Below are positions 63,799 to 64,000 of a stretch of 64,000 bases of DNA, in pieces (within the stretch, counting starts at the first letter, position 1; each line of letters starts with the position of its first letter). The notes under the pieces are model-generated. The model was not told the origin of the DNA. It did no database searches and saw nothing but the letters and a program-made list of their open reading frames with translations. Location of the stretch: contig CP070758.1 in assembly GCA_020348925.1 (NCBI GenBank), forward strand, positions 4,835,775 through 4,899,774. Direction: 5' to 3'. This DNA is from Gemmatimonadota bacterium. Its GTDB lineage: Bacteria > JBHIER01 > G020348925. Position numbers and translations under genes: made by a program.

Positions 63799-64000
63799 TC
63801 AATACATCTCTTCAGTGCTGTCCGGTTGTTTGAGATTGTGTTTCCAGTAAATACTTTCTCTGTAATTGGTTGAAGCAAAATCAAAGAGGGATCGATTTGA
63901 ACTGAGATTTTTCATATTTTGCCATTCCACTTCTTCATAGAAAGGAATGGCAAATGAACTCAGGTCAAACAGTGTTCTCTCAACTGACATCACATGTACC
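63799..64000 (-). CDS. Hypothetical protein C-terminus (may run off the window)
   Basis: Short ORF ending 63799; no recognisable motif. Confidence 0.3.
   Translation of the reverse strand, partial: VHVMSVERTLFDLSSFAIPFYEEVEWQNMKNLSSNRSLFDFASTNYRESIYWKHNLKQPDSTEEMY

Overview
Bacterial (probably metagenome-assembled) sequence made of six contig pieces separated by five 100-N spacers (7675-7774, 18455-18554, 21467-21566, 34297-34396, 61464-61563). Genes on either side of a spacer are unrelated, so linkage across gaps cannot be assumed. Many 'QNYPNPFNP' type IX secretion (T9SS)-like C-terminal domains, dockerins and kinase-TPR arrays suggest an FCB-related candidate lineage such as KSB1 or Zixibacteria (inference). 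Housekeeping blocks: lpxH, lemA/TPM, ispE-spoVG-tRNA-Gln-prs-rplY-pth-hppA; kbl-tdh-thrS; dapF-guaB3-trxA-cutA-TonB receptor; trehalose TPSP+treT. Accessory content: (i) secreted cohesin- and dockerin-bearing proteins with no recognisable glycoside hydrolases, suggesting a non-cellulosomal surface complex; (ii) an ECF sigma / zinc-finger-TM-TPR anti-sigma / signal-peptide TPR-CHAT protease operon, divergent from a large T9SS cargo gene with a structured leader and a 16-codon uORF; (iii) an S74-chaperone fibre protein paired with a small dockerin-CTD protein; (iv) four tandem receptor-like Ser/Thr kinases; (v) an attC-like site before an S41 peptidase, plus RAYT and IS1380 remnants. Probable assembly or consensus artefacts are flagged: a 141-bp terminal repeat, a gmk chimera, a nonsense codon in prs and a catalytic Cys-to-Trp change in dapF. 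All family assignments are by motif recognition only; no searches were run.
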